Shown here: positions 51,542-62,436 of the stretch, piece after piece
How the letters are laid out: each line of letters begins with the position of its first letter
How positions within the stretch are numbered: position 1 is the stretch's first letter
NCBI GenBank assembly: GCA_030704615.1
Contig: CM060731.1
Span: 54,560,001 to 54,624,000, forward strand
Length of the DNA: 64,000 bases
Reading direction: 5' to 3'
Source of the DNA: Takakia lepidozioides
Lineage: Eukaryota; Plantae; Bryophyta
The notes under the pieces: generated by a model
What the model saw: the letters and a program-made list of their open reading frames with translations, nothing else
Told to the model about the DNA's origin: nothing
The model's database searches: none
Program-made: the position numbers and the translations under genes

Positions 51542-54500
51542 CTATCCAATGCAATGTGGACATAACCAATCCCCATCTGGAACCATCTCAAGAGGTGGAG
51601 TCAAGCATCCCATATGCCAACCTCTAGAGCATCGATCACACACCAGCATGGTGGCTGCCCCTTTAGTAGACTTACACAACATGCACCTCAAACCTGCAGA
51701 TACCACTGCCAGGTTTGGGTCAATCTTGCCATCGACATTCGGAAGGTGACATGGCGCACAATTACGCACATGGTCCTTCCAAGTTATGCCATCCCGACCC
51801 TCCAAGACCAAGACGCCTGAGGACAAGACCTCTCGAACCCTCAAAATAACACGTCCTGCAGTCACATCCAGGGTCGTAGGAGCAGTCTGCTGCAGATAGA
51901 CATAGTCACCAGGGTTGAATCTCCGAACCCCAGGACGATAGCCCCCACCACGTATGGTAGCATACCTCAACGTATCACGGTGTTGTGCAATGGCAAGGTT
52001 CTCGAAAGCCATGGGCATGACTCTCTTGAACAACTCTGCACGCTGCTCACATGCACGTGCCCACACGTCCGGATCGTCAAGGTTAAGAACTGTAGCAGCT
52101 TCTCTGCGAATGGATGTAGGCAAATCCGGCTCTCGGCCAAAGAGAAGAAAGTATGGTGAGAAGGAGGTAAGTGATGCTTGCTTGCTGAACCTGTAACCCA
52201 TGGCTAACCAGGGTAACTGAAGGTCCCAATCTCCTAGGTGTCCCGTCTGCAAGCCATACTTGCGCAAACCCCTCTTTACTGTCTGAACAACTCTCTCTGC
52301 CAAGCCATCGGCCTCAGGATGATCCCGAGAAGTGGTGCAGTGGTCTATCAAGGCCTTGTCACACAAAGCCTGAAACTCCCCCAAGAACTCTCTCCCTTGG
52401 TCCGTGAGTACCTCAGCTGGAGCACCGAATCGGCTAAGCACACAATCCAAGAATGCATACGCAGCTCCCTCACTAGCCTTATCAGGCAATGGAACCAATT
52501 CAATCCACTTGGAGAAGTGCTCCACCATCACCAACACGTACTTGTTGTGGCGCATGGTCAGTGGCAACGGCCCTGCGAAGTCAAGACTCCACCTGTAGCC
52601 CAATCCCATGATCGGAAGAGGGTGCAATTGTGGAGTAGGGGCGATGAATGAAGCACGCACCCTGTCATACACCATGCACCTAGCCACAAATTGTTGCACC
52701 TCTGTGTGCATACCACGCCACCAATACTGCCCCTGCAGTAGACTATGAGTGCGTCGCACCCCAAAATGCCCCAACTCCTCATGGGCATGCCGCACTAACC
52801 GTGCCCGGTGTGTTGGGTGAGGCACAATCCTCACTCGACCATCCTCCCACACTCGGAGCAGGTGTGTCCCTTCCCACTTGAACCTTTTGGCTCGTTGTAG
52901 GATCCGATCCCTCTCCTTGGCAGTCACAGTGGCTGCAGTGTCTCCAGTGTGGACGTAGTCCAACACAACTGAATCCTCATGTATATCTTTGGCGCCACCT
53001 TGCTCCTTGTTGGCCTCAGGGTCCTCAGACACTTGATCTACAGTCATCCCTGTTGCAGGTCCAACCTGGCCTTCCGCTGCCAAGATACACAGAAATGCAG
53101 ATGCATGCCATCCGGGCACCATCTCCTGGTCCATCTCACCATGCCACCGAGCTCCAGTGTCATCCTGCTGGCTCGTGCATGGATTGCGACTCAACCCATC
53201 TGCATTGCGATTGACCAAACCCGGTCGATGCACCACCTGAAAGTCATACTCTTGAAGGATGAGTGCCCACCGTGCAAGCTTCCCTGTAAGCTTGTCTGAC
53301 TCCATCAACCACTTGAGTGGTTGGTGATCCGTGACAAGGGTGAAGAGATTGCCGTATAGATAGCACCTGAAGTATGCCACGGCCCACACTGCAGCTAAGC
53401 ATTCTCCCTCATATGAGCTATACTTAGACTCTCCAGCATTGTTCGAGCGGCTAGCATAAGCCACTACGAACTCTCTTCCCTCATCATCCACCTGTGTGAG
53501 CACCGCTCCAAGCCCCAACATGCTCCAATCTGTATGCAGCTGAAAAGGACGCCCCCTGATAGGTCGTCTCAAGATAGGCGCCGAGGTCAACCTCGCCTTG
53601 AGCTCTTGAAAAGCTCGTTCTTGCTCATCTTCCCACTGCCACTCCTGGTCCACCTTGGTCAGCTTGGTTAGAGCCTTTGCAATGGCACTAAATCCCTTAA
53701 CAAACCGTCTGTAATAGTTTGCTAGCCCCATGAAAGCTCGAACTCGGCTCACATCCGTGGGGCGTGGAACATGTGCAATGGACTCTACCTTAGTCTGTTG
53801 TACCCCCAATCCTCCAGGATATATCATGTGACCCAGATACTCAATCTGGTTGTGAAAAAACTTGCACTTGCCCGGATGTAACTTCAATCCGTGCGTCCTC
53901 AAGCGCTCAAATACCCCCTGAAGGTGTCTCTCATGCTCCTCCACCATAGCACTAAAGATGATGATGTCATCTATGTAGCACCGAGCAAAGTCCACCCCTG
54001 CTAGAATCCTATCCATGACTCTCTGAAACTCTGCAGGAGCATTCTTAAGCCCAAATGGTAAGAACCGCCACTGATATAGGCAATCCTTGCCGTGCTCATT
54101 GATCCCCCAGAATGCCGTCTTCTGCTTGTCCGCCTCCTTGATTGGCAACTGGTGATATCCGGATCGTAAATCCAAAGTGCTAAAGGCCTTCGCATGCCCG
54201 ATGGCATCAAAGATCTCCTCTGGTGTTGGCATGGCATACTTATCGGACTTGGTCTGACGATTTACAGGCCGGTAATCACCGCACATACGTCTCTCCGTCC
54301 AATTGCCATAGACATCCTTCTTGGCTGGCATCACTGTGGCTGAAGCATACTCTCCACCAGAGAGCTCCACCAAACCTGCCTCCCAGAGATCTTGAGTCCT
54401 CATCTGAATCAAAGACCTCTCCATGTCACTGTATCTATAGGGTCTCCGAAAGATTGGTGTGTCAGTGGCCAACTCAATACGGATCTCTTGACCCTTCAGT

Positions 54501-54676
54501 GCTCCCAAGTCCTTCAAACTGAAGGCAAAGCAATTCCTGTGAGCCCTCAGGAACCGCCGTATACGTCGTCTCTCTCCTCCGGTGACAATGGGTCCAATGT
54601 AAGGCTCCCAATTGTCCTCCGTAACTGCAACCTTAAGTCCAGTGGGCTTAGGGGTAGAGGACGCGTCCCGTGGTTG
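51542..54676 (-). CDS. Ty3/gypsy pol C-terminal part: RT - RNase H - integrase - PHD finger (uninterrupted frame)
   Basis: RMCGDYRPVN, LDLRSGYHQ, PFGLKNAP, YIDDIIIF; LHTDWS, ECLAAVWA, TDHQPL; HEELGH, WSLDF, TDQGREF, GLAER. C4HC3 PHD CMLC...CDRC...HMGC...WLCPHC. Confidence 0.93.
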   Translation of the reverse strand, partial: QPRDASSTPKPTGLKVAVTEDNWEPYIGPIVTGGERRRIRRFLRAHRNCFAFSLKDLGALKGQEIRIELATDTPIFRRPYRYSDMERSLIQMRTQDLWEAGLVELSGGEYASATVMPAKKDVYGNWTERRMCGDYRPVNRQTKSDKYAMPTPEEIFDAIGHAKAFSTLDLRSGYHQLPIKEADKQKTAFWGINEHGKDCLYQWRFLPFGLKNAPAEFQRVMDRILAGVDFARCYIDDIIIFSAMVEEHERHLQGVFERLRTHGLKLHPGKCKFFHNQIEYLGHMIYPGGLGVQQTKVESIAHVPRPTDVSRVRAFMGLANYYRRFVKGFSAIAKALTKLTKVDQEWQWEDEQERAFQELKARLTSAPILRRPIRGRPFQLHTDWSMLGLGAVLTQVDDEGREFVVAYASRSNNAGESKYSSYEGECLAAVWAVAYFRCYLYGNLFTLVTDHQPLKWLMESDKLTGKLARWALILQEYDFQVVHRPGLVNRNADGLSRNPCTSQQDDTGARWHGEMDQEMVPGWHASAFLCILAAEGQVGPATGMTVDQVSEDPEANKEQGGAKDIHEDSVVLDYVHTGDTAATVTAKERDRILQRAKRFKWEGTHLLRVWEDGRVRIVPHPTHRARLVRHAHEELGHFGVRRTHSLLQGQYWWRGMHTEVQQFVARCMVYDRVRASFIAPTPQLHPLPIMGLGYRWSLDFAGPLPLTMRHNKYVLVMVEHFSKWIELVPLPDKASEGAAYAFLDCVLSRFGAPAEVLTDQGREFLGEFQALCDKALIDHCTTSRDHPEADGLAERVVQTVKRGLRKYGLQTGHLGDWDLQLPWLAMGYRFSKQASLTSFSPYFLLFGREPDLPTSIRREAATVLNLDDPDVWARACEQRAELFKRVMPMAFENLAIAQHRDTLRYATIRGGGYRPGVRRFNPGDYVYLQQTAPTTLDVTAGRVILRVREVLSSGVLVLEGRDGITWKDHVRNCAPCHLPNVDGKIDPNLAVVSAGLRCMLCKSTKGAATMLVCDRCSRGWHMGCLTPPLEMVPDGDWLCPHCIG

Positions 54677-54974
54677 CTATGCTGCAACCTCTTGAGCAGT
54701 ACTTCCTTCCTGCTCAGTCAATGACAACGCCTCATCCTGCCCCATCATCTCATCATTGAGAACCTCCTCATCCCGAGAAGAATCCCCAACCTCATCCATC
54801 ACAGCTGCTTTGGCTGCCAACTCCCTCTGAACCTCGAGCACCCCCCACGTGTGCCATGGATGTCTACACCCCGTGGTCCTCACCGGCTCGCCCCCACTCG
54901 CTGCCTGTACCGTCTCGGTAGGCAGAGAGACCGTCAAGGGAAGTGCATTCCGCACTCTACGTTGCTCAGCCATA

Positions 54975-55926
54975 GCCAAGCTGATAATCCAAGTCAAGCG
55001 ATTGAGATCCATTGCTTGCCCCAACACCTGACGACATGATGCCTTAGAAAGAGAAGGCACCGCCGTGGTCCCAGTGGAAAACCCCATAGCCCGCTCTCGC
55101 TCGTCGGCATTAGGCTCCACTAACTGCTGCAACTGAGCATCCCACAGGAGGCCAGGTCCACCATCCCGAAAAGCATGGGATCCTGGGAAGCTGATTAGTG
55201 TAGGTAATGCTGCTTGTGGTTGACCCACCCTGTTGACCACTGCCAAAGGCGAACGGTCATCGTGTCTCACACGTTGAGACTGCCTCCCTGTGTCCAAAAT
55301 GCCATCCACGGTGAGGTGTGCTGACCGCTGCACCCCATCAAATGCACGCTTGAGCAGTGCGGGTGGCATCAAGTTAGTCCACCAAAGCCGTGGACGATGA
55401 GCCCGTGACCCCACTGTAGCTGCATCAGCAACGCTGCTGACCCAAGCCATGACCGGACTTGATGCACACTGGCCATCACCCTGGCCCGAGAATCACCCAT
55501 CAGTGGCACATTCTCCAAGATGTATGCTGGAGATACAGATTGATGAAGCTGCAAATGGCGCAAAACCCGCACCATCTCCCAAAACAGACCTGTCCTCAAG
55601 TCTCGCAATCCATTGCCATGCCCGGCTGATGAATGCCCTTGGCAGGGCCAACCTGCCACTACCAGATCAATGGAGCCAACCTGCTCCAAATCCGGCGCCC
55701 CCAGCAACGAAATGTCTGCTGGCAAGGCTTGTTGGTATCCACGAACTGCAGACACTGGCAACAAAGCAGGGTACTGCTGTACCAACTGAGCAACATGACG
55801 CAGTGAGACGCGTCGTGCAGTCTCATCCCTCTCCACATACAGGTAACGCCTTACTTGCACACCTGCCTGTAGCACAGCAGCCAATCCAGTGCTGATCCCG
55901 CCAAACAAGTCCAGAAGGCAAATGCC
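54975..55926 (-). pseudogene. DNMT3-like C5 cytosine methyltransferase domain within the gypsy polyprotein (one 1-nt frameshift at ~55426)
   Basis: Motif I LDLFGGISTGL; II RYLYVE; IV VVAGWPCQGHS (Cys codon 55642-55644); VI ILENV; VIII DAATVGSRAHRPRLWWTNL; IX/X ERERAMGF...RQVLGQAMD. Motif order is non-permuted. Confidence 0.92.
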
Positions 55927-56070
55927 TTCATTTGGATACTGCCACACAATAGGTGTGGTATCCAATGGTGACAACTGAGGTGGTCCTGGTGCAATACCCG
56001 CACTCTCCTTCTCTCCTGACGGTACAAAAGCCTCTACCCAGGCTTGTTGCACCCGTCGATCAGCATCCCG

Positions 56071-57144
56071 CTACAAATCCTTGCTCGTACCCCACAATGG
56101 AGTGTGAGCAACCAGGGCAGGCAACTCCGCCATACCATGCATGTCATCCTGCTCTGCTGGAGGTGGCACATCTTCTGCATGGGCATTGCTTTCCAGCAAC
56201 TCTCCAGGCCAACTAACTGCAGCTGTAAAGGCGGCTAGTGTTGGCATGTTGCCTCGCTGGGCAGCCGCAATACCCCCAATGAATGTCACAGGGAGCTGTG
56301 CACGACGACCATCCCCTGACTGCCATCCAGGCCTGTAGAATGCTGACTCCTCCCAAAAGTCCAGGGTGAAGCCCATGGGGTATAACACTGCCCCACCAAC
56401 GAGGACATCGTAAGAGACCGCGTCTGTCACAATGGCCTTGGCTCGCATGACTGAGCCATCGATAGGATGATCCGGCTGTAGTCTAATGGCCAACTGATGC
56501 CGTGTCATGCCCTGAGCCTGCTCTGATCCTCCCAGAGATGTCTGTATCTGGAAAGGAAAAGGCTCCATATCCGCCTCCATGAGGCCCAAACCTGCAATAG
56601 CAGCTCTGCCCAACATCAGTGGCTGAGCTCCCGAGTCCAACAAGACCCACAGTGGCCGGTACTTCTTGCCTGCCGGTCCACTCAAAGAGAAAATGCCATC
56701 CTGGTTGTCTAACAAGACAACTCCAGGTGTCACCATGGCGCGCTCAAAGGCTGGCCTAGCTGGCAGCTCCGTCAACCTGGCAGCTGCAGCTTGCCATGGC
56801 GCAGCCGTGGCAGTCTTGACCCTCAAATCCGAGGATCCCTCTGCCACTACACCTTCCAGTAACTCCGTAGAAGATGAAGTGACCTCCCCACTCTCACAGA
56901 GTGTTGCTGCTAGTCTGAACACTACAGCTGGTCTTTTCCCCGGCGTCGCAATCATGGTTGCCGAGAACAGTGGGGCTTGACACACAGAGGTGGCTGCCCC
57001 CAACAACACACCGGCTGCACTAGCCTTGGCAGCAGGTGTCAGTGCTGCACGTGTAGCTCTCCCCAATGGCATAGAAACCTCCGCCTCGGTAACAGTCGGG
57101 CGAGAACTAGGTGCCATGGATGGCGTTGACACTGTCTCCGCCAA
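56071..57144 (-). pseudogene. Gypsy aspartic protease region
   Basis: WVLLDSGAQPLMLG ... YDVLVG; the TAG at 56071-56073 is in frame with the downstream MTase ORF. Confidence 0.85.
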
Positions 57145-57329
57145 GGTGAATGACTGAGGCAGCCTCGCCTGACAGCTTGCCTCCCCACGTTGTGATCCAA
57201 CTCCACCTCTGCACCTTGTGGCTCAGGAACTCGTGCTGCTCCTCGAGTCACGGCTGCAGCAGACTCCACCTGCTCTAGTGGTAGTGCTGCTCCGCACATG
57301 AATCCCATGCCTCCCATATCTCCTCCTCG

Positions 57330-58866
57330 GGAGCAGGAGGTGGACCATCCCGCCTGGGAGCCGGTACCGCCTGAGCTATAGCCATTGCAGCGAGCCTCTG
57401 CTCTAGCTGCTGAAGCCGGTTGGCCATGCCTTGGTCAACACCCTGACCTCCGCGTCCGTGGCCATGTTGAGCTTGCCCTTGGCCTGCACCTCATGTCCGA
57501 TCACCTCGTCCTCTCTGGGCTGGTCCACCTCGCCCCCGGCCACCATTATTCCCTTGGAACTGGCCTGGGCGCAACTCAGGATGCAAGTCATAACACTGGG
57601 CATCTCCATGCCCATACTTGCCGCAATGCCCACACTGCAACTGTGCAGGCTGTGCTTGTACCGGCCTTTTGCCACTCTCTGGGCAATCTCTCTTGACATG
57701 GGGTCCTCCACATGTCCAACATATCACCCCTGGTTGTTGTTGGCCTGCAAAAGATGCCACGGGCCTCTGCACCTGAGGTCCCCTGTAAGCTCCATGGAAC
57801 TTGGGCTGGGCAACCTTGCCCCCCTGACCACGCTGTTGGGCAGTCCCTTGTGCCTGTGGGCTGATAGCTGTGCCCCGTGCAGGCATGTCCTTGCCAAATC
57901 CAATTGTAACAACTCGCTCCTCCACCATGTTGAGCTCAATCCGCTCAGCCAGCAGAAACACATCTGCTAATGTGGGTTGGGCTGCTTGTAACAAGGTTGC
58001 ATCTCGTACCCTTCTCTTGAGCTCCTTGTCCAGAATTCCATACCAAAACTGGACTGCCTGAGCTTCAGTAACCCCTTGGGTCACACTTATCAAGCGCCTC
58101 ATACGAGTGTACGCCTCTCGCAGGCTCTCACTGGGTTTGCGCTGGAAGTCTTGCAAACTTCGCAGCTTCTCTGTCTGTACACCTTGGTAGTTCCTCCGCA
58201 ACTCCTGGAAGAACTCCACCACCGGGTTGAATCTAGGCACATGTGTTGTAGTCGTGGCAGGAGGAGTAGTAGCACCTTTTGAACTGGTACCACCTGCAGA
58301 AGTACCGGCACTACTTGTTCCACTACTAGTGCTGGTAGTGGGAGATATTGATACTGATGCAGCTACTGGTCGCGTCGTGCCTCGAGTAATGGAGGCCTAG
58401 TCAGGTGACCAATACATCCTCCACTCCTCAATCTCCGCTTCATGTCCTCGCCTGAACTCGTGGTAATCGTCCATAGGCGGGCCTTCCAAATGCTGGAACA
58501 GTCCCTTCCACGCCATGAATGGAGTGAACAGTTGTGGATTGCGCATCTGCTGCAAATCACACCAGCTGTCGAACTCCTGGATAAAGTCATCCAGCTCAAT
58601 TGTGCCCACAGCTCCAGAGTACCTACGAGGCCCTTGGTAGCTCCATACATCTCCTCCATGTTGTCCCACAACAATGGCGAATGAAACTGCACACCTGTTG
58701 ATGAAGCCTCCGAGTCTGTGTCTGACTCTGCACTAGTTGAGGGTGGAGGTGAAGGTGGTCTGAAACGAACACCTCGTCTGGTGAACCCACTCTCACTGCT
58801 ACTGCCTGTAGCCGTACTCCTCTCAGAACCCCTGGGTAACTCCGTGATGACACTCACAATGTGCAC
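57330..58866 (-). pseudogene. Gypsy Gag with two zinc knuckles, disrupted
   Basis: LDDFIQEFDSWC; FQRKPSESLREAYTRM (Q...ES...Y..R homology region); CWTCGGPHVKRDC and CGHCGKYGHGDAQC; RGG-rich tail. Stops at 58397 and 57491. Confidence 0.85.
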
Positions 58867-59452
58867 CTCCCCCAGGTGACACTATAAGGCTCTATTACTA
58901 ATTCTAATAGTGACACGGATAGGCACCTGTTGCAGTTTAAGGGTCATATCCCAGTGGCTCAGGGCACTTGCACCTGCATCCACCGCAAGAACTCCTATGG
59001 TTGGCTGGTCATCAACCCAGCCTCACCATAGAAGAAACACTGGTGGTCTTGCTGGTCATCACTCCAGCCTCACCACCGACAACATACTCTAGGATTGACC
59101 GGTGATCAAATCCGGCCTAATCCCTATGAAAGCAAGCGCCCACACAAAACCAACATGGCGCACAGTCAAGCATGCAGGTGTTGGGGGGGATCCAAACACA
59201 AGAAATCAAAACATCAACACCCCCACACCAAAATCCAGCAGTAACGCTGATCCTGCAGAATATCCCAGCCCAAAACCCCGGACTGACTGGCCTCCACCAA
59301 GAGAGGCTTTGGCAACTACAAGTACAAGGTAATGAAAATAGTACAGAGATGGAGGGGAAGAATAGAAGCCCGACCCAGCAAGATCTAATCCTGATCTATG
59401 CTATCAACTGCCAGACTTCTCTCAAAGTGCCTCGCTCTGCATGATGGTAAGG

Positions 59453-62436
59453 TGTAGGAGGTATATCTATGTCCAGAAACCTGCCACTAACCTTGTCCCA
59501 AGCTACAGTAGCTCGCTCTAACCAACCCTCCTCCTCTTTTTGCCAAGTAGAGACAAAGCAACACTCTGCTATCTCCCGCTCACTGAACACTAAAGAAAAC
59601 AAAGGTGGGTCTGATAGTCTCTCAACTCGAAAGCTTTGAGACGGTTGCGGGGTGTCCTCATTGCGAATGACTGCATCTCCTTCAAACAGAACAAACTTGT
59701 CCTTGCTAATGAACCCCCGCTCGTGGTTGCCTTGTGCAGTGTCGCGCACCTCACTTCGGTAAGCTCCCCTTCAAGTCATAGTTACTCTGCTTTGATGCGC
59801 GCGCCTGACTCCCACCTGGACGCCGGGCCAACTCGGAGCTTCGGCTGCTCACTGGGACATAACGGTCCCCCCTTTGCTCTCCGAAGGACCCTCCACCTAT
59901 TTGGGCCTAGTGGAATTCCCTTTGGTAGATGGCAGTCCAGAACAGCTCCCCACTCTTTGGTCGCTTTCCGGCTCGCACGCTTACTCACTAGTTTTTGGTC
60001 ACCAACGGGCTTGTACCGTTCTCGGGGTTTACTACTCCCTATATATACTTCTGTAGCTGTCCGCGGGGGTTCACAACCAGCCATGCCATTTTATGGCGAA
60101 CCACCCGAAGACCCTCGATTCCCGGTGGTGAGTCGCGGTGAGTCTTGGCCCACTCACCGCGGCCCAAATGGACGTGATGAGTCCCAAGACTCCCCACGAC
60201 TCCCACCTCGAGGTCTCCACCCCATGGTGAGTCCTATGCCACCCCCACTAAGTCCCGCTAAGCTACCACCACCCCTTGTGGAGCCACCCGCACTGCAACC
60301 CGGTGTGCGGGGCTCCACCTAGTGAGCGCCTCCGCCTCCTTGAGTGCCTTGGGCACTCAAGGGTGCTTCAGCCCCGTACCTATCGCTGTTACTGCCCCCA
60401 CCACAGGGGCAGCCCCTCTTGTGTCCGAACCCCTGCCCTCAAGGCAAAGGGCCGCGACACACACCCCTACCAACAGGGAGTCGATGTCCTCATCGATTTG
60501 TCCATTTAGTGGAAACGAAACATCCAAGTTGTGGCGTCCCACATCAAGGAGTTTGTTTCCATACCATGGCGTCCATGGCAAAAGAACCAAACCCACACTT
60601 GACTCTACTCTCTACTAGCTAGTCGGCCGACTTCCTCCAAGTCCCGGCCAAGGGTGGAGCCTCTCCAGCTCTCCCAGTGCACTCTTCTTGGCCTACTTCA
60701 AGGCCAAGGAACGATCCTCCCCGAGGATCGAATCGCCTTACTGCAACAACATTGCTTGCGATTGCTCATGATGCGCTTTTGGCATCACATTGAGCAAGGG
60801 TTCCCTGGAACCCTCTTTGACTAGGAAGATAACCTTGAACCAACCGTGCGCCCCAATCACTACAATTGGGTCTGCCTTGGAATGCTGGCCTGAGGTACGG
60901 GAACACGCCGAAGCCGCACTACGACTTCGTCCGACGGCTACATGATTATGTACGTGAACGGAAGCACGTAGCTTCCGCGTTAGCCCGCACTACAAGGCAA
61001 CCCCTCGGTAGCGCAGAGTTATAGTACGCGCACGCGCCAGGTGCGCACTAGCACGTGAACTCCCAAAGAAGTCGCAAGTTTCCTTGCCCCTTGGATGGGG
61101 GTCACCCGATTTCGGCACTACGGAAACACACGATTAACCCAATTTACCTCTCCCACTTTATAAGCTAGCATGCATTCTACACACTAGCCAACCATACCAT
61201 GCATCACCATTCCAAACAAAATAGGACGCACAAACATTTGGAACCCATTTCCTTTATAACAAATTTTTGTACAATACAAGTTTTTGTAATGGATTCCTAA
61301 GCTAGCTAAGCCGGGCTAAGCATGCATTTCCTCCCCCACGCTCCAAGGTTGATGTCCCCATCAACGTCTTCCTCTTTTGAGGTCGCCCTTCGAAAGCTGC
61401 AACCGCCTCGGATGCGTTTCCCATTTCTGAGGCACGCACCCAAGATGCCTCCACATGATGATAGCCCTTCCATTTGACGAGATACTCCATTTCTCGGTTC
61501 CTGAACCTCCTCGACTTAAGTATTGCCTCCACCTCGTACTCAGGTTCATTTTCATGATCCAACAGCATAGGTGGCGGACGCACTTGATGCCGATTCGGAC
61601 GTGCTTCATCTTTGAAGTAAGGCTTCAAAGGGAGACATGGAATACTGGGTGCACCTGCTTTTGCCGGCAGCTCCCATTCATACACATCCTCATTCATAAC
61701 CTTCCGAATGAAAAAGGGTCCCGCATACGGAGGTACGAAATTCGGACTCACTTCGGAGGTAGTCGGAAATTCTGAGTTCAACCAGACCTCTGTGCCTGCC
61801 TCAAACTTCACTTCCCTCCCCTTCCGATTCGCCTGCCTTTCATACCGTTTCCTAGCTTGGCAATGTTGTACTTTGCGAGCTTCAACAAACGCTCGCGTTC
61901 TTCCAGTACCGCCGCTACGCCGGTTCTTCGACGTCCTGGGCGCCCAACTTGTCGGCACCAGAGGTGCTTTTCCATAGACCAATACGAAAAGGGAAACTCC
62001 CGCTGCGGAGTGTTTGTTCTGTGTTATATAACAGAACTCTGCCGCGTCTAAGGTTCCACCCAGTCTGTTTGGTCTGCCGACACGTAATTCCGCAAGATCT
62101 GCTTCACTATGGAATTCACCCTTTCTGTTTGGCCGTCGGTCGTAGGTCGGAAGGCGGTGCTCATCTTCAGCCTCGTCCCCATCTTCTTCCAAAGTGCTCT
62201 CCAGAATTTACTCGTAAACTTTGGATCGCGGTCCGAGACAATATCCTTCGGAACTCCATGATGCTTTAAGACGTGGGCGAAGTAAAGTCGCCCTGTCTCC
62301 TGCGCCGTTGCCGTCTCCTTGGTGGGGATGAAATGGCCCATTTTACTGAACCTATCTACCACCACCATGATTGCATCGAATCCTTTTGACAACGGCATAG
62401 CAGTCATGAAATCCATCGAGACGCTTTCCCAAGTCC
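59453..62436 (-). mobile_element. Chromovirus-type Ty3/gypsy fragment: integrase core, chromodomain, PPT and 3' LTR (59453-61326)
   Basis: WESVSMDF, VVVDRFSKM, SDRDPKF, DGQTERVN, PYAGPF; chromodomain EYEVEAIL...EYLVKWKGY...ASW. PPT GGGGGAGGAAA is followed by TG at 61326 and ...CCTACA at 59453. Frameshifted. Confidence 0.88.

Larger units (their letters stand above)
49254..59452 (-). mobile_element. Ty3/gypsy retrotransposon encoding a DNMT3-like methyltransferase and a PHD-integrase (copy 1), with rearranged 3' end; 5' LTR not seen because of the neighbouring chromovirus LTR
   Basis: Order on minus: Gag (two zinc knuckles), DSG protease, C5-MTase, RT, RNase H, IN, PHD. LTR and PPT pieces lie at 49254-49338 and 50841-51294. 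Confidence 0.92.

Noticed and set aside
54975-55926. Bacterial restriction-modification MTase contamination, or a host DRM gene
   Set aside because: The domain is in frame with gypsy protease and RT, has DNMT3-type motifs in non-permuted order, and has no UBA domains, introns or restriction enzyme nearby.
49254-59452. DIRS/Ngaro tyrosine-recombinase element, suggested by the split repeats and an MTase
   Set aside because: It has a DDE integrase and aspartic protease, no tyrosine recombinase, and a C5 (PCQ) rather than adenine MTase.
59420-59452. PBS and 5' LTR end of the DNMT-gypsy
   Set aside because: Minus CCTTACCATCATGCAGAGCG only loosely resembles the LTR end (CTTATCACAGATGC) or a tRNA-Met PBS; not supportable.
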